Under the pieces are notes generated by a model. It was not told where the DNA came from. It did not search any database and saw only the letters and a program-made list of their open reading frames with translations. Both the position numbers and the translations under genes were made by a program. Positions 1 to 10,004 of a stretch of DNA of 64,000 nt are shown piece after piece. How positions within the stretch are numbered: position 1 is the stretch's first letter; each line of letters starts with the position of its first letter. Origin of the DNA: an uncultured Chloroflexia bacterium (GTDB lineage Bacteria; Chloroflexota; Anaerolineae; JAAYZQ01); NCBI GenBank assembly GCA_963700285.1, contig CAVOXA010000010.1:1120001-1184000 (forward strand), read 5' to 3'.

Positions 1-657
1 ACGATTGCTCCAAAGGACTTGGACTTCTTTGATCCTGTAACCAGCTCTGTCGACCAGATGCAGGAACTCGACGTCATAGGCCGTGACCTTCCAGCCAGCC
101 GGCTTTTCCTCCTGTCTTAGAAACTCGAGGTAAGGAAAGATCTCTAATGCCACCTGACGACGACACAGCTTGAAACCACATTGCGTGTCGACAATGTCCC
201 GCAGCAGGAAGACGCGCCGAAGGGACAGAAAGACAAAACTGCCGGTCTTTCTCACCAGGGAAGAACCTTCACGCGTGATGTTTCGGGAGCCTATGACTAC
301 GTCAAAGCCCTCTCCAGACCAGGGCAAAAGTTTCTCCAGTTCGCTGATCGGCGTGGACTGGTCCATGTCCGTGAAGAGAAGGGTCTCGCCCTCTGCTTGC
401 TGAATCCCAGCCCACAGGGCCGCTGGTTTTCCGCCGTGAGGGATGTCCACCAGAGCAAACCCCTTTTTCTCCTGGATGCTCTGCTCAACCAGGCTTCGAC
501 TGTTGTCGGTGGATTCATCGTTGACGACGATCACTTCCCAGGGAAACGCCTGCGCCGCTAGGTACTGGTCCACTTCTTCCAGTACCCCTCGTTCCAGGTT
601 CTTTTCTTCGTTGTAGCATGGGATGATAACCGACAGGAACGGTTGAGTGTCTGCCAC
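1..657 (-). CDS. GT2 glycosyltransferase, polyprenol/dolichyl-phosphate glycosyltransferase-like (3' end runs off the window)
   Basis: Not in the ORF track. Manual translation from GTG 657 gives VADTQPFLSVIIPCYNEEKNL...VIVVNDESTDNS...DIVDTQCGFKL...AYDVEFL, i.e. the GT2 motifs IIPxYNE, DxSTD and DTQCGFK. Confidence 0.85.
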   Translation of the reverse strand, partial: MADTQPFLSVIIPCYNEEKNLERGVLEEVDQYLAAQAFPWEVIVVNDESTDNSRSLVEQSIQEKKGFALVDIPHGGKPAALWAGIQQAEGETLLFTDMDQSTPISELEKLLPWSGEGFDVVIGSRNITREGSSLVRKTGSFVFLSLRRVFLLRDIVDTQCGFKLCRRQVALEIFPYLEFLRQEEKPAGWKVTAYDVEFLHLVDRAGYRIKEVQVLWSNR

Positions 658-699
658 TTGAGCGTATCCCCTTCTGGCAAGATACATGCCATCGAAACA

Positions 700-728
700 A
701 TGATACATGCTCCGGCCTACTTTGTCAA
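700..728 (-). promoter_or_regulatory. sigma70-type promoter for the GT2 gene
   Basis: Minus strand reads TTGACA-17 nt-TATCAT. Confidence 0.6.
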
Positions 729-880
729 CCGTATGCCAGAGCCAAGATCACATAAGCCCTGGAAACATATGGGCAGTCCGGATGCCCCAGGGCCAACAAC
801 AAAAGGATCTAGGCGTCACGGCCCAGTATGGGCCCGAGCTGCAAAGTGTCTGCCGGGCATCTCACCCTGACATTGAGGGA

Positions 881-2575
881 TCAACCGTGGGCTTCCCCAT
901 CGGGCGGCGGCAGGTAGCCCAGGGACCACAGTACTTTGCGCAGGCGAGGCAGGTCGCGCTTATGGACAAAGGCAGTGGACGGTGTCACAACCTGGGCGAT
1001 GAGCCCCCGAGTTTCGGGCAGCACCGAGAGATCCCTCAGAACCCGCTCGTTCTTCACCCTCAGAAGTACAACCTCCTCCAATTCTACCTGGCCAAACCTA
1101 CCGGCCCATAGGCGGAGCTGGCCCGCCAGATTGACGGGGATTTGCTTCCCACTGGCCAGTTGCAGAAAAGCCAGCACCTGCTCAACCTGGATATCCCGGG
1201 CCAGCGCCCGGCCCAAGCTCCCGACCGTCAGGATGTACCGGCAGGGCTCCTCGCACGCCAATTCCGCGAAACGTTCCAGTTGAAAACGCGTATATAGATT
1301 GGCCGGCGCTGGCACATCGACATGGAAGTCAGGATGAACGACGATAGGAGGCGAGGCTGATTCCTCTGGCTCGTAGGGCACCAAACCCAGGAAACGGGTC
1401 CCTGCCTCCGTGAGGCGACATGACGTTTGAGAATCGTCCGTGACTGTGGCCACGATATCCAACCAGCGAATCGGCTCAGCAAGCAAGTTCGTGATGAGAG
1501 CCCCTTCCACGTGGTCCCACGACCCAAAGCCGGAGAGATAGTCTCCACTGGCAGCATCCCGTATGTACCATCTCGTATAGTCACTATCGGGCCGCTGAAA
1601 GTCGGGGTGAGTCTCTTTGACCGCCTTCACGAACGAGTCCAGCGACCACCAGGCATGCTGGGGGCAGTGGGCTAGCAGCGAGAGAAAGGCCTTTCGGGTT
1701 GCGACAACATCGTATCGAAGATGCCAGCCGGTCTCTAGATCGCACACCAGGCTGGGCACGTGGCATAGATCATTCCAGGTGGGATCATCACGCCAGGCTT
1801 CTTGCAGTGCCCTTACTTGACAGGCCGGCGATGCACTCAGCCAGCGTTTGACCGGCGCTCTTGCTAGACTCAGGAATTCACCCTGACGGGAGACAAAACC
1901 CATCCTTCCGGCCAGGTGCAACAGGAGAGTCAGGCGGCGCTCATCGCCATCGGTCAACCGCCTACGAAGGCTGGCTACCTCGCCACGCCCAAGACGGCCA
2001 TCAGCATAGGTCTGCACATCGTGGGACTGAAGATGGACTAGGTAGGAGAACATATCTCGGACCAGGGATGATCCACCCTTCGGATCGTGGGCCGGCGGGG
2101 GAACCGTCTCGACAACAAGGCTTTCCTCAACGCGTTGGGGTTGGGGCAGCAGAAGGAGCAGGTCTTGGGGAACATGGACAAACTCGGCCGGTCCAGCCTT
2201 TCCTTCGGCAAAAGCACGGAAGCTGAACCCTGCGTACCAGAGTTCTTCGGCCGGATTGGCAGGGTCCTGCCACAGCGTCTCTCGTTCCAGGCGCCCTGGG
2301 CCGATAGGCCTTACCTGCCCAAAACGCCGGGCAAACTGTGGAGCGAGCATCCGACCACCAGCCGCCAACAGCGCATCCAGAGCTTGGCGCCCCTCTGGGC
2401 TGAGGCGGGCCAGTGCCGATCTCACCGACAGCGGCTCAAGCAGGGCTGTAGCCAACTGGTCAACAGCCTCGATCTGCCGATTGGTGGTCAAAGTTGCACC
2501 CCGGTTGTGGGCCAGAGCACGCAGCATATTCATGTCATAGTCAATCAGGAAGCGATGCAGTTGGTACATCCGCAA
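881..2575 (-). CDS. Helicase-associated (XPB/Ssl2 N-terminal, Helicase_C_3-like) domain protein with no helicase motor
   Basis: 564-aa ORF. C-terminal RFQLERFAEL...YILTVGSLGRAL...FLQLASGKQIPVNLAGQLRLW resembles Helicase_C_3. No Walker motifs seen. Confidence 0.7.
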   Translation of the reverse strand: MRMYQLHRFLIDYDMNMLRALAHNRGATLTTNRQIEAVDQLATALLEPLSVRSALARLSPEGRQALDALLAAGGRMLAPQFARRFGQVRPIGPGRLERETLWQDPANPAEELWYAGFSFRAFAEGKAGPAEFVHVPQDLLLLLPQPQRVEESLVVETVPPPAHDPKGGSSLVRDMFSYLVHLQSHDVQTYADGRLGRGEVASLRRRLTDGDERRLTLLLHLAGRMGFVSRQGEFLSLARAPVKRWLSASPACQVRALQEAWRDDPTWNDLCHVPSLVCDLETGWHLRYDVVATRKAFLSLLAHCPQHAWWSLDSFVKAVKETHPDFQRPDSDYTRWYIRDAASGDYLSGFGSWDHVEGALITNLLAEPIRWLDIVATVTDDSQTSCRLTEAGTRFLGLVPYEPEESASPPIVVHPDFHVDVPAPANLYTRFQLERFAELACEEPCRYILTVGSLGRALARDIQVEQVLAFLQLASGKQIPVNLAGQLRLWAGRFGQVELEEVVLLRVKNERVLRDLSVLPETRGLIAQVVTPSTAFVHKRDLPRLRKVLWSLGYLPPPDGEAHG

Positions 2576-2697
2576 GAGTCCTCATTCTTGCCAAAACATC
2601 CAGGCGTATGTATAATGGCGCCCATGTGTCGTCTGAGCGAAACGGGGCAATTCGCCCGCTCCTTCATCCGACCCGTGGGCGCGTCAGGAGGTACTTT

Positions 2698-3087
2698 GTG
2701 AACAACTACTCATCAGAGTCTGATCTACAGCAGACAGCGGGCACCTTTGGCGGTCTGTTCAAGCAAGCCCGGTTGGGATGGCGATTGCTGCACGATGGCC
2801 GCGTCCCTGGCTGGATCAAGTTGATTCCTTTCGCAGCCTTTCTCTACTTTTTGTCACCCATCGATCTGATCCCCGATATGATGCTGCCCGGCCTAGGTGA
2901 AATAGATGACATAGTGGTACTCTTGCTTGCGCTCAAGGCCTTTGTGGATCTCAGCCCGCCGGGCGTCGTCCGCGAACACATGCAAGATCTGTTGGGTCGA
3001 AAAGAGAGCACATACTCCGAAGACGAACCAGCTACCGGGCCCACCATAGAAGGAGCTTATCGCATCATCGAGCCAGACACGGAATAG
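2698..3087 (+). CDS. DUF1232 / YkvA family protein
   Basis: YFLSPIDLIPD...GLGEIDD motif; GTG start after an AGGAGG RBS. Confidence 0.85.
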   Translation: MNNYSSESDLQQTAGTFGGLFKQARLGWRLLHDGRVPGWIKLIPFAAFLYFLSPIDLIPDMMLPGLGEIDDIVVLLLALKAFVDLSPPGVVREHMQDLLGRKESTYSEDEPATGPTIEGAYRIIEPDTE

Positions 3088-3179
3088 AACACCGCTTGGG
3101 CCACTGGTACAAGTTGTGGGATCTCTCCCAACTTTTGCTGTGTCACGAGCCACATCCTGCAAAGTAACAAGGGAGACCT

Positions 3180-3884
3180 ATGAGCGACACACGATATCGC
3201 CTACCCAACGAGGTGGCAAACCAACTGCAAATATCACCTTCCACGCTGCGTAGGTGGTCCAACGAATTCACAGATTACCTGTCGGACATGGCTGGCCGCC
3301 CCCAGCCGGAAGCCGGGGGACAAGCCGCCCACCGCCGCTACACCGACGACGACCTGGAAACACTCATGACCATCAAGGGCCTGCTGGCCGAGGGCTTGAC
3401 CTACATCCAGGTCGGCAGGCGACTGGAAGCGCTGCGTCTGCGCCAGGACGCTGGCAACGTGGTCGAGGAACAAGACGGCTCTCAAGTCACGATTCTTGGA
3501 CCGTCGCTTCAGCAACCGTTCACCGTCGCCCCAGCAGTGGCGGTCCTGGCCGACACCCTCCACACCGTTGCTGATGGCCAGCAGATGTTGTTGGGCAGCC
3601 AACAAGCCAACCGTGATCTTCTGACCGTCGTGCTTCAGGACAATTTTAGCCTCAAAGAGGAAAATGGCAAGTTGCGGGACCGGATGCTCGAGTTGGAGCG
3701 TGACCTGGCCGAGATACGCCGGCTGGACGCCACACGGCGCGAAACCCTGGGCGCCCGACTACAGGAACTGGAGAACCAGGTTCGCCAACAGGCTTCCCAA
3801 GTCAATCGCCCCCAGCCCACAACGCCCAAGGAATCCAGCAAGCGACCTGGCTGCCTTTCCCAGATCTTTGGCCCGATGGGCTAG
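3180..3884 (+). CDS. MerR-type HTH protein with C-terminal coiled coil
   Basis: EVANQLQISPSTLRRW...HRRYTDDDL HTH followed by a heptad-rich C-terminal half. Confidence 0.8.
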   Translation: MSDTRYRLPNEVANQLQISPSTLRRWSNEFTDYLSDMAGRPQPEAGGQAAHRRYTDDDLETLMTIKGLLAEGLTYIQVGRRLEALRLRQDAGNVVEEQDGSQVTILGPSLQQPFTVAPAVAVLADTLHTVADGQQMLLGSQQANRDLLTVVLQDNFSLKEENGKLRDRMLELERDLAEIRRLDATRRETLGARLQELENQVRQQASQVNRPQPTTPKESSKRPGCLSQIFGPMG

Positions 3885-5212
3885 GCACCAGGGAGCATCT
3901 CGCCGATTAGATCATACTCCATCGCGCCACTGATGCGCACCGGCACCATCGCACCCACAGAAACGTCGCCTGGCAGCAAGACCAGACCATCGACCTCCGG
4001 CGCATCCCGATAGGATCGCCCCACACTCAAACCGTCCCCCTTCCCCTCCACCAATACATCCAGCGTACGTCCCACCTGGCTCTGGTTCTGTTCCAGGGAT
4101 ATTGGCTGCTGTAAGGCCATCAAACGATCATGCCGCTCTGCCCTGACTTCGGCTGGTACAGGATCGGTCAGAGCAGTGGCTGCGGTCCCATCTTCAGGGG
4201 AAAAGGTGAATACACCGACCCGGTCGAAGCGACTCTCGGCTGCAAACTCGAGGAGCGCCTGGAATTCCTCCTCTGTTTCCCCTGGATAGCCAACAATGAA
4301 GGACGTGCGTAAGGCTATGTCAGGCATAGCAGCCCGAAGGTCGGCAATGAGTCTCCTGGTGCGGTCTGTCTTGGAAGGGCGCTTCATGCGCCGCAGGACA
4401 TCAGGATGAGCATGCTGCAGTGGTAGGTCAAGGTAGTTGCAGAAACGCGCGTCACCGGCCATGACCTCGATCAGGCGGGGGCTTGCGTGCCCTGGATAAG
4501 CATACATCAACCTCAGCCAGCCCAGATCCGGGACAGCGTCCAGGATTTTCTGCGCCAGGTCTGGCAGAGCGTCCCCTTCGCCCCTGTCACGACCATAGGC
4601 AGTCGTATCTTGGGCAATGAGGATGATCTCCTTGACCCCCTGCCGGACGAGATGGGTGGCATCGTCGACCACTTCCCCCGGCGGCCGGCTGACCGCAGGA
4701 CCCTTGATGCGTGGAATGGCACAGAATGCGCAGGGCGCGCTGCAACCATCGGCAATTTTGAGATAGGCTGAAGCACCCTGGCTGGCAGTGCGCGGGCCGC
4801 TGCCGTCCGCCGCGAGGATCGGCTCGCCAGGCAAGGATAGGTAGCTCTTGGGTTTCGGGCCTCGAGCATCCTGGAGATCTTGAACCAGCGTCCCTATCTC
4901 ATTCCAGCGGCGCGTACCCAGGAGTGCGTCGAGGCCGGGTACAACCTCGGCCAGTGACTCCCCCCACCGTTGAGACAGGCACCCAGCAGCGATAAGCACC
5001 TGGTCCGGGCGCTTTTGGCGGGCCAGCTGCCTCAACTCGCCTATTGATTCTTGGCGGGCATCCTCGATAAAACCACAGGTGTTCACAATGAGTACTTGGG
5101 CTTGTTGTGGATCATCGACTGGCTGGTGTCCCAGGTGTTTGAGCAGCCGAGCCATCCCCTGGGCATCTACCAGATTCTTGGGGCAACCAAGTGACTCGAG
5201 ATAGTAGTTCAT
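3881..5212 (-). CDS. rimO: Ribosomal protein S12 methylthiotransferase
   Basis: SLGCPKNLVD, NTCGFIEDA, radical SAM motif CSAPCAFC, TRAM domain ending GRSYRDAPEVDG. Start taken at MNYYLES (5212). Confidence 0.93.
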   Translation of the reverse strand: MNYYLESLGCPKNLVDAQGMARLLKHLGHQPVDDPQQAQVLIVNTCGFIEDARQESIGELRQLARQKRPDQVLIAAGCLSQRWGESLAEVVPGLDALLGTRRWNEIGTLVQDLQDARGPKPKSYLSLPGEPILAADGSGPRTASQGASAYLKIADGCSAPCAFCAIPRIKGPAVSRPPGEVVDDATHLVRQGVKEIILIAQDTTAYGRDRGEGDALPDLAQKILDAVPDLGWLRLMYAYPGHASPRLIEVMAGDARFCNYLDLPLQHAHPDVLRRMKRPSKTDRTRRLIADLRAAMPDIALRTSFIVGYPGETEEEFQALLEFAAESRFDRVGVFTFSPEDGTAATALTDPVPAEVRAERHDRLMALQQPISLEQNQSQVGRTLDVLVEGKGDGLSVGRSYRDAPEVDGLVLLPGDVSVGAMVPVRISGAMEYDLIGEMLPGA

Positions 5213-5269
5213 GACTTGAGTCCTGTCTAGCCATACGGTTACGGTTAGCGACAGACCGTATGGAGTTAC

Positions 5270-5298
5270 AGTGTACCACGGGCAGAAGGGCTTGTCAA
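5270..5298 (-). promoter_or_regulatory. sigma70-type promoter for rimO
   Basis: Minus strand reads TTGACA-17 nt-TACACT. Confidence 0.6.
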
Positions 5299-5309
5299 AG
5301 CCTGGCGGA

Positions 5310-6110
5310 CCTGCACAAGTAAGCGTCTCACGCGGGGGACACAAATATGGGAAGAAAGTGCCTGAAAGGAGCTTGAGCGTTAGCAAAAGGCCGAAAGGCG
5401 AGGCTGACGGCTGCCCATTGGCCCCAGCCGTTTCTGCGCAGCTTGCTTGTAGCCGTGCTATGGTCTCTGAGTGGACGTCAGGGGCCAGCCATGGTCATCG
5501 GCTGGCCCTGGTTGCTGTGGCTGTGGCAGGTGGTGGCCCTTGCCGATGTCCAGGCCCTGATTCGAGAGGCAGACATCGAACTGGCCCGCCGTTCAAGGCG
5601 CTGCCCTGGCTACTGCGGGTGGAACAGGTCCTCTTTGGCAACTGGGAAACAGTCGAGGAGGACACGATCCGCTGCTCTCAATGCCGCTCGACGCATATTG
5701 CGCGCAAGAGCCGCAAGGGGCGAATGAAAAAGTTCTACGCTGCCCAGGGCATCCTGCAAGGGGTGCTGGTGTACCGTTACTACTGTCGCAACTCGGCAGG
5801 AAGAGCACATCCAGCGAGCCTGCGCTCCAGTGGGTTTATGACTTCTTGGAACACCATTGGCCTTATCTGGTCAACTCCATTGGGAGTACGCTGATCCCGG
5901 CCACAAATAATGCCGTGGAAAGAGTCATCCGGCGCCTTGACCAGCACTACCAGAACTTCTGCGGCTTTGAGTCTTTCGACACAGCCAGCGTGTACCTGGC
6001 TGGCCGGATACGACCTCAGCCGGGTGCCGATGACCTGCCTATGCCGGGGACTCGGCCTGCAATGGCCACTCACATCCGAAACGGCAGATGTCCCCAGCCT
6101 GTGACGGTTC
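5310..6110 (+). mobile_element. Degraded, internally deleted IS/transposase remnant
   Basis: Out-of-frame fragments: a Zn-ribbon (CSQCRSTHIARK...YRYYCRN) and a DDE C-terminal motif (IPATNNAVERVIRRLDQHYQNFCGFES). Lies between divergent promoters. Ends are approximate. Confidence 0.65.
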
Positions 6111-6269
6111 CCTGCCCCTGATTGCTCCCCTGCTCTGTTGTGTGGTATAATCAGCGCTACGAGTTCTCTGGAGGGTTGATATACCCTATCAACCGCTGTA
6201 GCAGGCTGCCAGGATTCATTTTTCGTCATCGCGGAATCCCTCAGCCCTTTTGACACGACAAGGGAGTCC

Positions 6270-8894
6270 ATGGGCGTGCAACTGATCCTGACGCACGAAA
6301 ACACCGATTTCGATGGTCTGGCTTCGCAACTGGCGGCCTGGAAGCTCTACTCCCCGGCCCAACCTGTGCTGCCCCGCCGCCCCAACCGCAACCTGCGCGA
6401 CTTTCTGACCCTGTACTGGGACGAACTCCCCTACGTGCGGCACGAGGATCTGCCCCGGCGCATGGAGGTGGAGCGCATCATTTTGGTGGATACCCAGACT
6501 CTGGTGACCCCCAAGGGCATGACCGGCGACACCGCTGTCCAGATCGTCGATCATCACCCCCTCAGCCGCGAGCTGCCGCCCAACTGGATTTATACTGGCG
6601 AGGCAGTAGGGGCCACCGTCACCCTTCTTCTGGAGCGGATCATCGCTGCCAGGGCCTCCCTCACGCCGGTGGAGGCCACACTACTTGCCCTGGGCATCTA
6701 TGAGGACACCGGCTCTCTGGCCTATCCCACCACCACGGTCCGTGATCTGCGCTGCGCCACCTGGCTGGCGGAGCATGGGGCCAACCTGGCCGTCGTCAGC
6801 GATTTCCTGCACCATGCTCTCACCGAGCAGCAGTTGGCCCTCTACGATGCGCTGCTGGACAGCGCCGAAGCAGTCGATTTTTCCGGACATAGCGTCATCA
6901 TTGCCACGGCCACCGCCGAGGGCTATGTGGAAGAGATCTCTACCCTGGCCCACAAGATCCGCGACTTGTATGACCCGGTCGGGCTGTTCCTTCTGGTAGA
7001 CCTGGGCGAACACCTGCAATTGGTGGCCCGTTCCACGACCGACGCCGTAGACGTGGGCCACATCGCCGATCACTTTGGCGGCGGCGGCCACAGCCGGGCT
7101 GCCGCGGCGCTCGTCCGCGAGATGGATCTTGAGGCTGCTCACCAGCAGCTCATTGACTTTTTGGAACGGCACATCCACCCCAGCCAGACCGTGGACCAGA
7201 TCATGTCCCACGGCGTCCACACCCTCCCTCCCCAGACCACCGTGGACCAGGCCGCGGAAGAGATGCTGAAATATGGGTTTGAGGGCTTTCCCATCGTCGA
7301 CGACAAGGGCCAGATCTTGGGCATCCTGACCCGCCGCGAGATCGATAGGGCCAGGCGCCTGCACCTGGGCAGTATGCCCGTGAATCACTATATGACCAAG
7401 GGCAACATCCACGTCACGCCCACGGATTCAGTGGAACGTCTGCAGCAGGTGATGACCCAATTCAGCGTCGGCCAGGTACCGGTGGTGGCGAGAGAAAAGA
7501 ACGAAAGCTCCGGGGAGATTATTGGCGTGGTCACTCGTACCGACTTGATCAAGTTGTGGACCGTGCCGCCCCGCCAGGCGCCGCGCCGGCGCGAGATTGC
7601 GCAAAAGATTGAGGGTGCCTTGCCCGGGCCCCTTCTTGACCTGCTGAAGCAAGCCAGCCAACTGGCTCAGGAGATGGGCTATCCTCTATATGTGGTAGGC
7701 GGCTTTGTGCGCGACCTCTTACTTGGGGAACCGACCCTCGACATGGACCTGGTCGTGGAGGGTGATGCCATCCGGCTGGCCCGGCGGCTAGGCAGAACGG
7801 TGGCTGCCCGCACCCGCAGCCACAGGCGGTTCGGCACGGCCAAGATTATCCTCGAGGGACGCGAGAAGGAGTTTGGCATTCCCTCCCTCGACTTTGCCAC
7901 AGCCAGGCTCGAGTTCTACGAGCACTCGGCCGCCCTGCCCGAGGTGGAGCGCAGTTCCATCAAGGCTGACCTTCACCGCCGCGACTTTACTATCAACACG
8001 CTGGCCATTCGCCTCGACTCGGACCATTATGGCCAACTGCTCGACTTTTATGGGGGCGAGCAGGATCTGGATGCCGGGTTGATCCGGGCCCTACACAGCC
8101 TGAGTTTCATCGAGGATCCAACCCGTATCATGCGTGCGGCGCGCTTTGAACAGCGCCTGGACTTTACTATCGAAGCCCGCACGGCGGAATTGATCGACAA
8201 TGCTTTGCCCATGCTCTCCCGCGTCACGGGAGAACGCATCCGCCACGAACTCTATCTCATCCTCCGTGAGCGAGAACCCGAGCGCGCCCTGTACCGGCTG
8301 GATAATCTGGGTGTGCTGATCCAGATCCAACCCCGCCTATCCTGCCTTGAAGAGACCTGCGGGCTGTTCGCCAGCTTGCGCGAGACCATCGCTCAAGGGT
8401 ATTGGAACGTCCCACCGGCTGAGAACGGCTGCCCGGAGCCAGGTCTCTACCTGGCCCTGTTGACCTATGGACTGTCGCGCCATGAGATGGAATCATTGGT
8501 CAAACGTCTCAAGATCTTTCGCGGTGACCTGGCCTTGCTTTACCAGGTGTCGGACTTGAAACAGCGTGAGGCGGACCTCCAACAACAAGATCTCTCCAAC
8601 CACGAAATCTATGCCCTGCTGCGCTACAGTAGTACCCCGGCTTTGATGGTCGTGTGGCTGCGTACCGAGTCGGTTCGAGTGCGCGAGCGGCTGTGGTACT
8701 ATGAAACCGAACTGAGACATGTCCAGCCTGAGGTGGATGGCGAGTTTCTCAAGGCCCTGGGCTTGAAGCCGTCGCCTCTCTTTAGCAGATTGCTGCACGC
8801 GGTTCGCGATGCTCGCCTGGACGGTGAGATCGAGACTGTGGAGGAGGAAAAGGCCCTTGTTGCCCGCCTATTGGCAGAGCAGGAAAAGGGCTAG
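6270..8894 (+). CDS. DHH-CBS-nucleotidyltransferase, A-adding-type tRNA nucleotidyltransferase
   Basis: THENTDFDGL and IVDHH (DHH), GGGGH (DHHA1), a CBS pair, then VGGFVRDLLLG, DMD, RRDFTIN, EDPTR. Confidence 0.88.
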   Translation: MGVQLILTHENTDFDGLASQLAAWKLYSPAQPVLPRRPNRNLRDFLTLYWDELPYVRHEDLPRRMEVERIILVDTQTLVTPKGMTGDTAVQIVDHHPLSRELPPNWIYTGEAVGATVTLLLERIIAARASLTPVEATLLALGIYEDTGSLAYPTTTVRDLRCATWLAEHGANLAVVSDFLHHALTEQQLALYDALLDSAEAVDFSGHSVIIATATAEGYVEEISTLAHKIRDLYDPVGLFLLVDLGEHLQLVARSTTDAVDVGHIADHFGGGGHSRAAAALVREMDLEAAHQQLIDFLERHIHPSQTVDQIMSHGVHTLPPQTTVDQAAEEMLKYGFEGFPIVDDKGQILGILTRREIDRARRLHLGSMPVNHYMTKGNIHVTPTDSVERLQQVMTQFSVGQVPVVAREKNESSGEIIGVVTRTDLIKLWTVPPRQAPRRREIAQKIEGALPGPLLDLLKQASQLAQEMGYPLYVVGGFVRDLLLGEPTLDMDLVVEGDAIRLARRLGRTVAARTRSHRRFGTAKIILEGREKEFGIPSLDFATARLEFYEHSAALPEVERSSIKADLHRRDFTINTLAIRLDSDHYGQLLDFYGGEQDLDAGLIRALHSLSFIEDPTRIMRAARFEQRLDFTIEARTAELIDNALPMLSRVTGERIRHELYLILREREPERALYRLDNLGVLIQIQPRLSCLEETCGLFASLRETIAQGYWNVPPAENGCPEPGLYLALLTYGLSRHEMESLVKRLKIFRGDLALLYQVSDLKQREADLQQQDLSNHEIYALLRYSSTPALMVVWLRTESVRVRERLWYYETELRHVQPEVDGEFLKALGLKPSPLFSRLLHAVRDARLDGEIETVEEEKALVARLLAEQEKG

Positions 8895-8897
8895 CTG

Positions 8898-9506
8898 GTG
8901 GCGGAGAGGGGGCAAGTACCCTACCCTGGTCGCATTGCCGTCGTTGGCACGAGCGGGTCGGGCAAGACCACGCTCGCCCACCAACTGGCACAGCGGCTAG
9001 ATGTCCCTCATGTAGAGCTGGATGCGATCTACTGGGGACCCAATTGGACGCCACTCCCGCTTGAAGTTTTTCGGGTGCGTGTTGAGGAAGCGCTCAACGG
9101 CGATGCCTGGGCCGCCGATGGCAATTACAGCAAGGTGCGGGATATCGTCTGGGGTCGGGCTGACATGGTTGTGTGGCTGGACTATCCTCTGCCGCTGGTC
9201 ATGGTCCGGATCATCAAACGGACGTTTCATCGAAGCCTGACGCATAAAAAACTCTGGGGTGGGAATCAGGAGCGTTTTTGGGAGGCGTTTTTTGGCCGCG
9301 ATTCCATTGTACGCTGGGCGCTGAGTACCTACAATCGCAGGCGAAGGGAGTATCCGACCCTCTTAAGCCGGCCCGAATACGCCCATCTAGAGGTCATACA
9401 CCTGCAATCGCCTCGTGCCGCCTGCAGGTGGCTGGATGGACAGGAACCCATGACGGGCGGCGAAGGACAAATGACAACTATCCAGTCGCCGGTGGCTAGC
9501 ACCTAA
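8898..9506 (+). CDS. P-loop nucleoside monophosphate kinase-like protein (adenylate kinase / FlaR topology-modulation family)
   Basis: GTSGSGKTT, ELDAIYW, DGNY, ADMVVWLD. Confidence 0.8.
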   Translation: MAERGQVPYPGRIAVVGTSGSGKTTLAHQLAQRLDVPHVELDAIYWGPNWTPLPLEVFRVRVEEALNGDAWAADGNYSKVRDIVWGRADMVVWLDYPLPLVMVRIIKRTFHRSLTHKKLWGGNQERFWEAFFGRDSIVRWALSTYNRRRREYPTLLSRPEYAHLEVIHLQSPRAACRWLDGQEPMTGGEGQMTTIQSPVAST

Positions 9507-9511
9507 TCACC

Positions 9512-9985
9512 ATGACCAAGATTCAAACCCATGCCATTCGTGTCCTTGACGAACAGGGTATTGCCTACCAGGTACTGCTACACGACCGCAGGGCCATGAA
9601 TGTGGAGGAGGCAGCGGCTCAGCGGGGTGTGTCGATCCGCCAGGTGGTCAAGACGCTCCTGGTCCGCCGGCCGGACCACAAGCACCTGATCGCCCTGGTA
9701 CGGGGCGACAGGCGCCTGAGCCTCAAGAAACTGGCCCGCATCGCGGGCGTCAAGAGGCTGGAGATGGCGCCGGGGGCCGATGTGCCGCGCATTACAGGTT
9801 ACCAGATCGGCGCCGTAGCGCCGATGGGTCTGCGCCGCACCGACCTGCCCATCTATATAGATGAGTACATTCTGGCAGAGCAACGGGTGAGCATCAGCGC
9901 CGGACGGCACGATGCTGGCCTTGAGCTGGCTACCGCAGACCTGATCCACGTCACAAAAGGACAGGTTGCTGACATCACAGAATAA
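9512..9985 (+). CDS. ybaK: YbaK/EbsC family aminoacyl-tRNA deacylase
   Basis: VVKTL, TGYQIGAVAPMG, ISAGRH. Confidence 0.82.
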   Translation: MTKIQTHAIRVLDEQGIAYQVLLHDRRAMNVEEAAAQRGVSIRQVVKTLLVRRPDHKHLIALVRGDRRLSLKKLARIAGVKRLEMAPGADVPRITGYQIGAVAPMGLRRTDLPIYIDEYILAEQRVSISAGRHDAGLELATADLIHVTKGQVADITE

Positions 9986-10004
9986 GATCACGGAGCCCGG
10001 TGCC

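Noticed and set aside
730-880. ncRNA between the helicase-associated gene and the GT2 promoter
   Set aside because: Only short GC-rich hairpins, with no recognisable family motif or own promoter.
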